64,000 nt of DNA from Thermoproteota archaeon (GTDB lineage Archaea > Thermoproteota > EX4484-205 > JAAOZP01). The DNA is taken from contig JAWCNV010000007.1 in the NCBI GenBank assembly GCA_038848185.1, positions 9,378 through 73,377 on the forward strand, written 5' to 3'. Shown here one piece after another: positions 8,794 through 18,651 of the stretch. How positions within the stretch are numbered: position 1 is the stretch's first letter; every line of letters starts with the position of its first letter. Position numbers and translations under genes: made by a program. The notes beneath the pieces are model-generated. The model was given only the letters and a program-made list of their open reading frames with translations. It made no database searches and had not been told where the DNA came from.

Positions 8794-9819
8794 ATGAGAA
8801 TAGGTTGGAGAATAACAGCGGTAATAGTGGTTGTAGCATCCGCAATAGTAGCTTCAGTACTATACCTCTACTTGAGCCAGCCGAAGCTTGAGGGTACCCT
8901 GATCATTTATGGCCCGAGGGGCATAACTGGTCTTGCAACAGCCCTCGTAAACGCTTTTAAAAACAAGTATCCCGATGTAAACGTTACCTTCATAAGCTAC
9001 GGCATGGGTTCAATAGAGATAGCTAACAAGCTTATTCTGGAGAAGGATTCTCCTGTAGCTGACGTGATAATAGGGCTTCCAGAGTTCTATGCGAAGGTTG
9101 TGGTGGACGCGGGAGTTCTTGAACCATATAGGCCTCAAACCATTTCGCTGATACCTAGTGAAGAGATCTGGGATCCTTCCGGAACAGTGCTTCCTATGGA
9201 TAAGGGTTTTGTCGTCCTAACTTATAATAGCACAATAATTTCGAGACTAGGTCTTCCACCGCCTGAAACGCTTGACGACCTACTTAGACCAGAGTACAGA
9301 GGCCTAGTATTCTACCAAGATCCCACTTCAAGTGGAACCGGGTTATCATTCCTAGTATGGGTGCTTTCCGTTAAAGGTGTTGACGAAGGGTTCAACTTTC
9401 TAAAGCAGCTTGAGCAGAACGTTAAAACGCATCCCTCAGGATGGACAACATCCATAATAGCTTTGAAAAGTGGAGAGGTTGCAATAGGATCAATGTTTAA
9501 CACTGACGTAGGCTATGAGGAGACGCCTAACCTTACGAGTAGAGTTGTGGAAGGTTTTGTCTACAGGGAGGGTATAGCTCTGGTTAAGAACGCGAAGCAT
9601 CCTGAAATAGCTAAGAAGTTCATAGAGTTCGCTTTAAGCACTGAAGCACAGAACCTTGTTGCACCAGAAGGCTATATGTATCCTGTTAACCCCTTAGCAT
9701 CCGTAGAGTTATTCAGCTATGCGCCAATACCCTTTAACAAGGTAACTTTTAATAATGAACTCGCTGGAAACGTTGAACAGTGGCTTGAAAGGTGGAGGAG
9801 AGAGATAAAAACAGGATGA
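8794..9819 (+). CDS. ABC transporter substrate-binding protein (thiamine/iron(III) TbpA/FbpA-type), N-terminal membrane anchor
   Basis: Strong SD GGAGGTGA 8781-8788, then ATG 8794 (MRIGWRITAVIVVVASAIV = signal/anchor). Family-1 extracellular solute-binding fold. Directly downstream of the TPP riboswitch. The ORF-track start at 8740 lies inside the aptamer and is rejected. Confidence 0.8.
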   Translation: MRIGWRITAVIVVVASAIVASVLYLYLSQPKLEGTLIIYGPRGITGLATALVNAFKNKYPDVNVTFISYGMGSIEIANKLILEKDSPVADVIIGLPEFYAKVVVDAGVLEPYRPQTISLIPSEEIWDPSGTVLPMDKGFVVLTYNSTIISRLGLPPPETLDDLLRPEYRGLVFYQDPTSSGTGLSFLVWVLSVKGVDEGFNFLKQLEQNVKTHPSGWTTSIIALKSGEVAIGSMFNTDVGYEETPNLTSRVVEGFVYREGIALVKNAKHPEIAKKFIEFALSTEAQNLVAPEGYMYPVNPLASVELFSYAPIPFNKVTFNNELAGNVEQWLERWRREIKTG

Positions 9820-11432
9820 TCGATGTTAAAAGGCTTCTGGCCTTCACACCATTTCTTTTTTTCCTAATCTTCTTCTATATTCTGCCCTTGGTCTTTTTAA
9901 TCGGTAACGCTAGTTTAACAGATTTCTTAAGCGTCGTGGGCGACGAATATATTCATAGGCTACTCAATGGTACGCTTATTCAGGCTTTCCTATCCATGCT
10001 GTTAACTTTGCTTCTAGCTCTTCCAGTAGCCTTCTTCTTCGCAAGATACTCGTTTAAGGGTAAGAGAATGCTTGAATACGTTTTGCTAACAGTTTTTTTC
10101 GTCCCCGCGTTCACGATAGCTGAAGGCCTTATAGTTCTTCTGGGTGATAACGGTATTGTCAACATGTTTCTCTCCTCCCTGTTTGGAACAGGGGAACCAG
10201 TTATCAGGATCCTTTACTCAATGTGGGCGGTTGTGCTTGCACACGTGATATATTACGTTCCTCTTGCAGTCCTTATTCTTGAACAAGGCTTCTCCTCCGT
10301 CGACCAGGATCTCGTTGATGCTGCTAGGGTTTTCTCAGGATCAGGCCTAAGAACTTTTAAAGCAGCATATTTAAACACTTTAACCCCCTTCATTGTTGCC
10401 GCCTCACTCCTCGTATTCGCCTTCTCCTTCATAACCTACTCAACACCAATACTCGTAGGAGGAAGGTTTACAACTCTCGAGGTTGAGATATACGCTACTA
10501 AGTTCAGGCCAATATCCTCGTCGATAGCCATCATACAGCTATCGTTAACATTCCTAATCTCGATTATAATCATCCTGTTCAGAGAGAAACTCTTCACAAA
10601 GCCTTCTGCAGGTTATCCTGCTGAGGAACCTGTTTCCAGACTATTATCAAAGCCCTCAGGAGTGCTTCTGATTGCCTACGTTGCCATAATCTATATTTTT
10701 GAACTGACTCCTGTCGCAATGCCTGTTCTCAAGCCTTTTCTGGAGGCAGGTTATGACTCGCTTAGCCTTTTCAAGGATCTTTACAGCTTCAAATTTGGCT
10801 TCGGCCTTAGTTTCAACGACGTTTTTTTCCAAAGCTTGGCGATAGCAATCATTGTCTCAACGGTCTCCGTTTTTCTCTCCATAGTAATGGTCTGGTCCTC
10901 TAAGATTCTAGGGGGATTATTTGAAAGAACCATGAGTATCCTTATGGCTCTCCCCCTGACAATATCGCGGTCATCCCTCGCCCTCGGGATGCTTCTTTCC
11001 TATGGCTTCGGCGTCATCAAGCTGTATGGAAGCTGGGTTCTGATGGTTCTAGGCCAGTCTGCATTCATCATTCCTCTCGTAGTTAGAATTGTTGAAGCCT
11101 CTTGGAGCAGGGTGATTGAAGAATACCGTGAGGCTGCTGAGGTGCATGGTGCATCACTCTTCTTCAGGCTTATCAGAGTTGAGATTCCCTTGGTGCTGCC
11201 CACTTTATTAGCATCGTTCCTAATGGCGTTCTCCTCATCTTTAAGCGACTTCACCTTCTCAACTTTCTTCAGCACGCTCAACTTGATGACATTGCCGGTG
11301 GCGGTTAACATTCTCATAGATTCGAGAAGGCTTAGCTTGGCACTAGCCTTAACCTCGGTCATCACCATGCTCGTAATCATTGTGGAAACCCTTGGTTCAC
11401 AGCTCTCCAGAGAAAGATTAAGGGTGATATAG
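9792..11432 (+). CDS. ABC transporter permease, fused double-domain (ThiP/FbpB-type), about 12 TM
   Basis: 546 aa with two EAA-loop-like segments (DLVDAARVFSGSGL... and REAAEVHGASLFF...). Alternative start ATG 9816 overlaps the binding-protein TGA (ATGA). Confidence 0.8.
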   Translation: MEERDKNRMIDVKRLLAFTPFLFFLIFFYILPLVFLIGNASLTDFLSVVGDEYIHRLLNGTLIQAFLSMLLTLLLALPVAFFFARYSFKGKRMLEYVLLTVFFVPAFTIAEGLIVLLGDNGIVNMFLSSLFGTGEPVIRILYSMWAVVLAHVIYYVPLAVLILEQGFSSVDQDLVDAARVFSGSGLRTFKAAYLNTLTPFIVAASLLVFAFSFITYSTPILVGGRFTTLEVEIYATKFRPISSSIAIIQLSLTFLISIIIILFREKLFTKPSAGYPAEEPVSRLLSKPSGVLLIAYVAIIYIFELTPVAMPVLKPFLEAGYDSLSLFKDLYSFKFGFGLSFNDVFFQSLAIAIIVSTVSVFLSIVMVWSSKILGGLFERTMSILMALPLTISRSSLALGMLLSYGFGVIKLYGSWVLMVLGQSAFIIPLVVRIVEASWSRVIEEYREAAEVHGASLFFRLIRVEIPLVLPTLLASFLMAFSSSLSDFTFSTFFSTLNLMTLPVAVNILIDSRRLSLALALTSVITMLVIIVETLGSQLSRERLRVI

Positions 11433-12506
11433 ATGGAGCTTGAAGTCAAGGATCTCAGGAAAAGGTTTGAAAGCTTCGAAGCGTTGAAAGGCGTCAGCTT
11501 TAAGACACCATCTCGAAAAACCCTAGCCCTCCTAGGGCCGAGCGGATGCGGTAAGACAACCACTCTTAGAATAATCGCAGGTCTCCTGAAGCCGGATGAG
11601 GGTAAGATTCTTTTCGACGGAAGGGATGTGTCTAAGCTGCCTCCCAGAGAAAGAAACGTGGGAATGGTTTTCCAAAGCCCAGCGTTGTTCCCAAACCTCA
11701 CAGTATGGGAGAACATCGCGTTCCCTCTAGAAGCTAGGAATAAGAGTTTTGAAGAAACCAATAAGAGGGTTAGAGAAGTCGTGGAACTGGTGGAGCTTGC
11801 TGGGCTTGAAAAAAGGCGTCCGCACGAGTTGAGTAGGGGACAGCAGCAGAGAGTAGCGATAGGCAGGGCAATAGCATCAGAAGTTAGCATCCTGCTTCTA
11901 GACGAGCCTCTAACTGCTCTGGACACCAGTCTCAGAACAGAGATATCTGAAGTAATAAGGAATATTCAGAGGAACCTTGGTCTTACAATGGTCTATGTAA
12001 CGCACAACCAAGTTGAAGCGTTCACCATGGGGGATTTCATCGCCACCATGTTCGACGGCCTGATAGATTCCTACGCAGATGTTCAGACAATGTATTCAAA
12101 GCCCCCTACGGAAAAGACCGCGAGATTCCTAGGGTTCATTAACAGGCTGGAGGCTAAAGCAGAATACATGGGTTCAGATACGGTCAGGCTTGTTTCCTCA
12201 TGGGGAGAATTCAGGCTTAATTGGCATGGGCCTAAGCTGAGTGGAAAAGTGATTGTTCTCTTCAGGCCTGAAGACGCTTCGATTAGTCTTGATGAAAAAG
12301 GCCTGTTAGAAGGCGAGCTTTTAAACAGCGTTTTCACGGGTAGAAATGTAGTTACACGTGTTAAGACAAGCCAAGGCTTGTTTGAGTGTGCAGGAAACGA
12401 TTTTTCTCAATACAAAGCATTATCTGGAATGGTGGGTAGAAGAGTCATGGTTAAAATAGACTTGGAAAAATCTGCTTTGATACGAGTTAACAATTTAATG
12501 GACTGA
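11433..12506 (+). CDS. ABC transporter ATP-binding protein with C-terminal TOBE-like domain (FbpC/PotA-type)
   Basis: Walker A GPSGCGKTT, signature LSRGQQQRV (degenerate LSGGQ), Walker B LLLDEP, H-loop VTHNQ. C-terminal about 120-aa beta-rich extension. Confidence 0.85.
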   Translation: MELEVKDLRKRFESFEALKGVSFKTPSRKTLALLGPSGCGKTTTLRIIAGLLKPDEGKILFDGRDVSKLPPRERNVGMVFQSPALFPNLTVWENIAFPLEARNKSFEETNKRVREVVELVELAGLEKRRPHELSRGQQQRVAIGRAIASEVSILLLDEPLTALDTSLRTEISEVIRNIQRNLGLTMVYVTHNQVEAFTMGDFIATMFDGLIDSYADVQTMYSKPPTEKTARFLGFINRLEAKAEYMGSDTVRLVSSWGEFRLNWHGPKLSGKVIVLFRPEDASISLDEKGLLEGELLNSVFTGRNVVTRVKTSQGLFECAGNDFSQYKALSGMVGRRVMVKIDLEKSALIRVNNLMD

Positions 12507-12518
12507 ACTTAAGGTTAA

Positions 12519-13580
12519 TCATTTTTCAGGCTTAACCTCTATGTCGAATCCCCAGTGGTATTTGAAGGGAGCAACCTCTCTTATCCTTCTAGAGGACAGG
12601 AGTCTTGTTTCGCAACCAAGCTTCTTAAAAGACTCCTCTATGCTAGCATACTTTTCATCAGCATCAACTTCTTTTTCCAAGAAAACATGGAGGTGCACTA
12701 CCCCACCATCATTTTTAACCACGTTGCAAGCCGCGTCGAGATAAAATTCTGAACTCATGGGAAGATTCATGATTACCCTGTCCCCGACGCCTTTCAAATC
12801 TCTTTCAGACAGTGTTCTAGCGTCGCCAAGATACGGTTTAACTCTGTCTTCAACCCTGTTCAGCCTAATGTTCTCAACCAGATATCGGTATGCATCAGGG
12901 TTTATGTCGCAAGCATAGACTTTTACACTCGGGTTCTTCCTCGCAATAATTATGCTGAAGGGCCCTATGCCAGCGAAAAGGTCGCAGACAACTTCCCCCG
13001 GTTTAACAAGTGACGCGACCCTAGCTCTCTCAGCTGAAAGCCTCGGTGTGAAGAAAACTTTTGAAATATCGAGTTTAAAGATGCATCCGTGTTCTCGGTA
13101 GGTTGTCTCAGTGCCTCCTTCGCCCGCTAAAACCTCATATCCTCCAACCCTGTACTCGCCTGAAAGAGGCTCAGTCTTGTTGAGCACAATCCTCACGTTC
13201 TTCATAGATTGAAGAAAGGCTTCTCCAATAATCCTGCGACGGTCCTGAAGCTTTTCAGGAAGCTGGAAAATGCAAATGTCGCCAATCACATCGTAGGACC
13301 GGGGGATAATGCTCATTTCCTCATCAGTTAAAACTTTTCTAAGGTTTTCAAACAGGCTTGGCCTTCGCGTAGCTTCTTCAAATTCCTCTAGCACTATCTC
13401 TCCATCAATCTTCAGATCCTTTAATTCTTCGGGCGAAACCTTTCTGGTGAGAGGTATAGCTAGGAAGCCGTTTTTCCTCTTGATCAGGAGCGTTCTGTCG
13501 ACGAGGTTCCTGTCTCTAAGCATCCTTAAAGCATTCTCCCCAAACTGCTTCCTAACTAAGACACCTACCTTCATACCCAT
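12519..13580 (-). CDS. trm5: tRNA (guanine37-N1)-methyltransferase Trm5 (archaeal Trm5/Taw22 family)
   Basis: Class I SAM-MTase motif VCDLFAGIGPFSI, NLP motif (VIMNLP), Trm5 N-terminal D1 domain. The ORF-track start at 13700 is an upstream extension; ATG 13580 (MGMKV) sits 30 nt after a TATA box. Confidence 0.8.
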   Translation of the reverse strand: MGMKVGVLVRKQFGENALRMLRDRNLVDRTLLIKRKNGFLAIPLTRKVSPEELKDLKIDGEIVLEEFEEATRRPSLFENLRKVLTDEEMSIIPRSYDVIGDICIFQLPEKLQDRRRIIGEAFLQSMKNVRIVLNKTEPLSGEYRVGGYEVLAGEGGTETTYREHGCIFKLDISKVFFTPRLSAERARVASLVKPGEVVCDLFAGIGPFSIIIARKNPSVKVYACDINPDAYRYLVENIRLNRVEDRVKPYLGDARTLSERDLKGVGDRVIMNLPMSSEFYLDAACNVVKNDGGVVHLHVFLEKEVDADEKYASIEESFKKLGCETRLLSSRRIREVAPFKYHWGFDIEVKPEK

Positions 13581-13607
13581 AGTGGTTTTGCTCTTAAAAG
13601 TATGCGA

Positions 13608-13620
13608 TGTTTTATAAAAC
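13608..13620 (-). promoter_or_regulatory. BRE/TATA box (minus strand GTTTTATAAAAC) for trm5
   Basis: TTTATAAAA about 30 nt upstream of ATG 13580 on the minus strand, consistent with a leaderless archaeal promoter. Confidence 0.4.
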
Positions 13621-13711
13621 TTTAATTTCCAGTTTTTGAATCCATTGTTTTTAAATCGGTTTTCACGGAATATTCTAAAGCTTAATAAATCGCGCTCCAA
13701 CGCTCTTAGCG

Positions 13712-14629
13712 TTGCCGAGACTGTTTGAAATCATATTCGAAATAGTCACGCTGCTTTCTCTAGGCATAGTTTTGAAGAAAACCCGCGTGATTAACGAGCC
13801 CATTGGAAGAAGGCTCCTCTCATTATCGCTTAATCTACTCCTACCGATCATAGTGTTCCATTCCTTCGCAAAAGTTAGAACATCCTTAGAGGATTCTCTA
13901 CTACCTTTAATCGGACTCATGCTTAATCTTTCACTTCTGGCAATAGCCTACTTGGTTTCAAAAAACCTTAACATGGATAACGCTAGGAGGGGAGCCTTCC
14001 TACTTGGATGCAGCACTCTGAACATAGGTATAATAGGCCTACCATTCATAGAGTTATTCTTCAAAACTGAGGGTGTGGCAACAGCATCATTACTCGACAT
14101 AGGTAATTCCCTATACGTCTTCTCAATAGCCTTCCTAGTCGCGTCCAAGTTCAACCCTTCTAAGCGAGAAAACTCGTTTAAAAATGGTGTTAAGCGGTTC
14201 TTAACCCAGCCGTATATTCTTTCAATAGCAATCGGTCTGGTTGCAAACATTTCGAAAATAGAATTGCCTGAATCGGTTATGGTCTTCACAAGCATCGTCT
14301 CGTTTATCAACATTGTTATAATACTTATAGCAGTAGGCGTTTTCATTAAGCTTCCGGCGAAAAGCCTTATGCGGGAGATACTTGCGTCCGCAGCCGTTAA
14401 AATCCTGCTTGGAGGATTAGTTGGCTTAACATTCGCCAGCTTATTCTGCTTAACACAGCAAGCATTGAAAGTCACGTTGATCATAGCATCCCTCCCACCT
14501 GCCTTCATGACTCTGATACATGCTAGAACCGAGAACCTAGATCTGGAGTTCACTACAATCCTGCTCGGCTCAATGCTTGCCATCGGGATCCCGGTAATAG
14601 TTTTCTACGGCCTACTTTTCTCGGTTTAG
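13712..14629 (+). CDS. AEC (auxin efflux carrier/malate permease) family transporter
   Basis: 305 aa, about 10 TM. AEC-type N- and C-terminal repeat architecture (MPRLFEIIFEIV...LLPIIVFHSF). Confidence 0.75.
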   Translation: MPRLFEIIFEIVTLLSLGIVLKKTRVINEPIGRRLLSLSLNLLLPIIVFHSFAKVRTSLEDSLLPLIGLMLNLSLLAIAYLVSKNLNMDNARRGAFLLGCSTLNIGIIGLPFIELFFKTEGVATASLLDIGNSLYVFSIAFLVASKFNPSKRENSFKNGVKRFLTQPYILSIAIGLVANISKIELPESVMVFTSIVSFINIVIILIAVGVFIKLPAKSLMREILASAAVKILLGGLVGLTFASLFCLTQQALKVTLIIASLPPAFMTLIHARTENLDLEFTTILLGSMLAIGIPVIVFYGLLFSV

Positions 14630-14788
14630 AGCATTTTTGCCACGTATAGCTGAAGACTTAGTGAGAAACACTTATCCCCCTTTCTCAGTAAAGGGTATAT
14701 GTAGAAGCAGCAAGGGATTTAAGTGTAACGCTTGTTGAAAAGCCAGTCTCATGCTGAACCATAAAGGTTTTAAACAGTAGTCTTTTGG

Positions 14789-16474
14789 ATGGGGCAGAGC
14801 TTGTCATCCGCCAAGTTGGAGAAAACAAGCCTGTTTAGAAAAACAGGCCGGAGGATTATTGTGCGGCTAGACAGGCTCTCCGAAAAAAAGGGGGCAGCAT
14901 ATTCAATTTATTTCGCTTCAATCATATTTTTCTTCGGAGTAATTCTACTCCCCTCCCTACTGGGGATCCTGCTTAAAATTGACATGGTTCGAGAAGTTTT
15001 GTCAAACCCAGAGATGCTTGAAAAATCAGTTTCAGCAATCTTCTCATCGATCATCATGGCCACCATAGTTTCTGCCGTAGATGTGATCTCCGGATTGCCG
15101 CTTGCCTGGATCATTGTTAAGAGAAGAAACCGTTGGATGACGCTAGTTGATTCCCTTGCAGACCTTCCGATGATAATACCGACAGTGATACTTGGATACT
15201 CGACGCTCCTACTCTGGTGTGAAGATGCACCTTTCTCGATAATCGGTTTCCCGAGTCTTTCACCAGGGTTCCTCACGGTTTTTCTTCTCCACTTCTCCTT
15301 CTCCTACCCTGTTGTTGTAAGGGTTCTTGTAGGTAAGCTGATGGAGATTGACGCTACTTATGAGATCGCGGCCAGAACACTTGGAGCATCCTCGTGTACC
15401 GCCACTAGGACAATAAGCCTCCCGATGCTTAAATCAGGCATCATCGCGTCTCTAATCCTATCATTTGCAAGATCTCTTTCCGAGACAGGGGCGACACTAA
15501 TGGTTGCAGGAAGCTTTGAAAACGGGCCGGTCTTCATAAAAAGATCTATAGACAATGGACTGGTTTCCCCAATGGTTTTCGTCAGCCTTATGCTAATAGT
15601 TTTCTCGATACTAATACTCTTAGGGTTAAGAGTGTTCGGCTTCAAATTGAAGATACCTTTCAGAAAAGCCTATAGGGTTGAGACTTTTTTAAGCAGGAAG
15701 CCAGTTACATATGTTAGAGACTTATCCACGTTAAGCATCTTTGTTCTTCTAGTTCTTCTTCCAGCGTCATACATGGTTATCGCTAGACTGCCTTTAATGC
15801 TGGAGTCAGGTATAATAGGGGAAATGTTTCTAGGCAGTGGCGTATGGGCAACATACTGGATCAGCGTCTGGGACTCGTATCTCATAGGTTTTCTAGCAAC
15901 CTTGATCAACATTCTGTTCAGCCTACCCATGGCCATAGTAATCGCTAGAAATAGGCTGGGAAAAAGTCTTTCAAAGCTTTTAGACGCGTTAAGCAACACC
16001 TCTATAATAATGCCTTCTGTCGCCCTCGGCGTATCTATAGGATTATTCTGGGGAGCCTCCGGAATACCGGACTTCCTCCTAGTGCTTCTGGCACACCTCT
16101 GTATAACATACCCCTACATGGTTGCGACGATGGTTTCAGCACTCGAAGATCTTCCGGTGGAGCTTGAGGAAGCAGGGAGGACTCTTGGAGGCACGCCTTT
16201 CACAGTCTTCAGGACAATCGTGCTTCCAGTAGCTAAATACTCCTTTCTCTCTGGAGCAATCCTAACCTTCACCAGAAGTGTAAACGAGACAGGAGCTACA
16301 CTAGCTGTTTCAAAAACCTTTAAAACAGTCTCAGTCTTGCTTGTCGAATGGGTTAAATCCCCTGCAATGAGAGTTGAATCAAGCATTGGTACATTAATAC
16401 TAATGTTTTTCTCAATAATTTTTCTCCTGGTTTTCCGATACTTCTACTCTAGGGGAGGCGGCTCGGTTGCCTAG
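14789..16474 (+). CDS. ABC transporter permease, fused double-domain (sulfate/molybdate/iron-thiamine superfamily), no cognate SBP nearby
   Basis: Two EAA-like segments (YEIAARTLGASS...SFARSLSETGATL and EEAGRTLGGTPF...FTRSVNETGATL). Probable true start GTG 14861, preceded by SD GGAGG 14850-14854 and a hairpin at 14829-14848. Confidence 0.75.
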   Translation: MGQSLSSAKLEKTSLFRKTGRRIIVRLDRLSEKKGAAYSIYFASIIFFFGVILLPSLLGILLKIDMVREVLSNPEMLEKSVSAIFSSIIMATIVSAVDVISGLPLAWIIVKRRNRWMTLVDSLADLPMIIPTVILGYSTLLLWCEDAPFSIIGFPSLSPGFLTVFLLHFSFSYPVVVRVLVGKLMEIDATYEIAARTLGASSCTATRTISLPMLKSGIIASLILSFARSLSETGATLMVAGSFENGPVFIKRSIDNGLVSPMVFVSLMLIVFSILILLGLRVFGFKLKIPFRKAYRVETFLSRKPVTYVRDLSTLSIFVLLVLLPASYMVIARLPLMLESGIIGEMFLGSGVWATYWISVWDSYLIGFLATLINILFSLPMAIVIARNRLGKSLSKLLDALSNTSIIMPSVALGVSIGLFWGASGIPDFLLVLLAHLCITYPYMVATMVSALEDLPVELEEAGRTLGGTPFTVFRTIVLPVAKYSFLSGAILTFTRSVNETGATLAVSKTFKTVSVLLVEWVKSPAMRVESSIGTLILMFFSIIFLLVFRYFYSRGGGSVA

Positions 16475-17561
16475 AGTGGTCTTGGAAAAAGTTTCGAAAA
16501 ATTTTGAAAGAGTGGCTGCACTGGATAATGTAAGCCTGTCTTTCGAAGACGGAGATTACAGCTGTATTCTAGGTCCAACTGGAAGCGGTAAGACAACTCT
16601 TCTTAAAGTCATAGCTGGCCTCGTGGAGCCGGATTCCGGCGAAGTGTATATAGACGGGAAAAATGTCACCGGAGCCCCGCCTGAAGCGAGGGGTGCAGTC
16701 TACATGCATCAACAGTATGCTCTGTTTCCACACCTGACTGTAAGCCAGAATATATCTTTCGGCCTCATTGCAAGAGGCGTGAACAGGAAGCTTATCGAGA
16801 AAAGGGTTTCAGAAGCTCTTGAAATAGTTAAGCTCAGTGAATGGAGTGACGCTTACCCAAGGGAGCTAAGCGGAGGAATGCAGCAGAGGGTTGCACTAGC
16901 CAGATGCCTAGCTACTGGAGCACAACTCCTTCTACTGGATGAGCCCTTGGGTGCGCTTGACGCTAGGCTTAGGCTAGAGGTTAGAGGCGAACTGGCAAGG
17001 ATAGTGGATGAGCTTAATCTGACTGTGATCCATGTTACTCACGACCAGTCTGAAGCCATGTCTCTTGCAGACAGGCTGATCCTCTTAAGGGATGGAAGAG
17101 TTGTTCAGACCGGTTCTCCTGAAGATGTTTATTTTAACCCGAACAGCGTTTTCTCAGCATACTTCGTCGGGGAAAGTGTTTTCCTAGAAGGAGTTGTTAC
17201 GAAGGCTGATGGAAGGCTTGTTTCAATAGAGCTTAGAAACGGCATGACTGTTGAAGCATTATCCGGTGATAATTTCAGCCAGGGCGAGCTGGCTGTAGCT
17301 GCCGTCAGATGCGAGGACATAATTGTTGGCGAAGGCCCTTTAATGGGTCTACTTAGAGAGGTAAACTTTCTCGGCAGCTTCTCCAAGCTGACCTTCGAGC
17401 TTCCCGGAGGCTTGAGGATATCGGTGAACATTCCTCTATCAAAGTTCATTAAAACAGACTTTAGAATCGGAATGGGTCTTCAGCTGACAATACCGAGAGA
17501 CAAGGTTCGCGTCTTCAAATATCCGTACATGGGGTTAGCAAAGGAGATTGAGGCGTTTTAA
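16467..17561 (+). CDS. ABC transporter ATP-binding protein 1 with TOBE-like C-terminal domain
   Basis: TTG start overlapping the permease stop. Walker A GPTGSGKTT, LSGGMQQRV, LLLDEP, VTHDQ. Confidence 0.85.
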   Translation: MPRVVLEKVSKNFERVAALDNVSLSFEDGDYSCILGPTGSGKTTLLKVIAGLVEPDSGEVYIDGKNVTGAPPEARGAVYMHQQYALFPHLTVSQNISFGLIARGVNRKLIEKRVSEALEIVKLSEWSDAYPRELSGGMQQRVALARCLATGAQLLLLDEPLGALDARLRLEVRGELARIVDELNLTVIHVTHDQSEAMSLADRLILLRDGRVVQTGSPEDVYFNPNSVFSAYFVGESVFLEGVVTKADGRLVSIELRNGMTVEALSGDNFSQGELAVAAVRCEDIIVGEGPLMGLLREVNFLGSFSKLTFELPGGLRISVNIPLSKFIKTDFRIGMGLQLTIPRDKVRVFKYPYMGLAKEIEAF

Positions 17562-17563
17562 AG

Positions 17564-18649
17564 ATGCCTAGTGTCAGAGTAGAGAACATTAAGAAAAAGT
17601 TCGGCGACTTCACTGCCCTTGAAGATGTTAAGATAAACGTGAATGATGGGGAATATGTTTCCATAATTGGCCCCTCAGGATGCGGCAAGACAACCCTGTT
17701 AAGGATAATTGCAGGCATAATAAGAGACTATGAAGGCCATGTCTACGTTGATGGCGAGCTTTTCGACGAGAAGCCGCTGGAGGAGAGGGGAATCGGATAC
17801 GTGTTTCAAAACATTGCGCTTTTTCCAAATATGAATATCGGTGGAAACGTGTCTTACAGCCCTAGGGCTAAAGGTCTTAACTCAACCACGATAAGAACAA
17901 TGACGCTGGAAATGCTTGAACTCATGAAGCTGACGGAACGCTACTACGATTATCCTGCGAGGCTGAGCGGAGGAATGCAGCAGAAAACAGCCCTAGCCAG
18001 AGCACTAGCTTCAGGAGCCCGGCTCCTACTCTTAGACGAGCCTCTTTCACTTCTAGACTTGAAGGTTAGAACTGAGCTGAGGTATGAGCTTAGACGTATT
18101 GTTAAGGATCTTGGCTTAACCGCAATCCATGTGACTCATGACCAAGAGGAAGCGATGGCGATCTCGGACAGGATTATAATTATGAGGAGGGCCCGCATCG
18201 TGGAAGACGGTACTCCGTTAAGCCTTTACCTTAGGCCTAAGAAGATTTTCACAGCCTATTTTCTAGGAGAGTCAAACGTTTTAGAGGGAGATGTTACTGA
18301 AGCTGATGAAGACTCGTTGACAGTAAACATTGGAGGAGTGTCAGTTAAGGCGAGGAACACTGGTTTTCAGGTGGGGGAGAAGGTCATCGTTATGGTTAGG
18401 CCTGAGCTTATTGAGCTTGGGGAGGAGGGTTTTGAGGGAAGGGTTTTGAAAAAACTGGTTGAAGGGTTTTTCAACAGGTTTACTCTAGATTTAAACGGTA
18501 TTAAGATTATTGTTAAACAACCATATTCAACGGCTTCAAACATAAGCGATGGTTCCATGGTTAGAGTAAGGCTGCCGGAGGAGCATGTATTAGTGTACAA
18601 GTATCCGAAGAGAGGCTTATATAGTGAGATTTCACTTTATCAGTATTAG
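17564..18649 (+). CDS. ABC transporter ATP-binding protein 2 with TOBE-like C-terminal domain
   Basis: Walker A GPSGCGKTT, LSGGMQQKT, LLLDEP, VTHDQ. Starts 3 nt after the preceding ATPase gene. Confidence 0.85.
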   Translation: MPSVRVENIKKKFGDFTALEDVKINVNDGEYVSIIGPSGCGKTTLLRIIAGIIRDYEGHVYVDGELFDEKPLEERGIGYVFQNIALFPNMNIGGNVSYSPRAKGLNSTTIRTMTLEMLELMKLTERYYDYPARLSGGMQQKTALARALASGARLLLLDEPLSLLDLKVRTELRYELRRIVKDLGLTAIHVTHDQEEAMAISDRIIIMRRARIVEDGTPLSLYLRPKKIFTAYFLGESNVLEGDVTEADEDSLTVNIGGVSVKARNTGFQVGEKVIVMVRPELIELGEEGFEGRVLKKLVEGFFNRFTLDLNGIKIIVKQPYSTASNISDGSMVRVRLPEEHVLVYKYPKRGLYSEISLYQY

Positions 18650-18651
18650 AA

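Noticed and set aside
14630-14788. Second TPP or other riboswitch ahead of the SBP-less ABC system
   Set aside because: CTGAAG and GTGAGA strings are present, but there is no CGTAGGGAA block and no P3-P5 arrangement. Only the local hairpin at 14829-14848 is notable.
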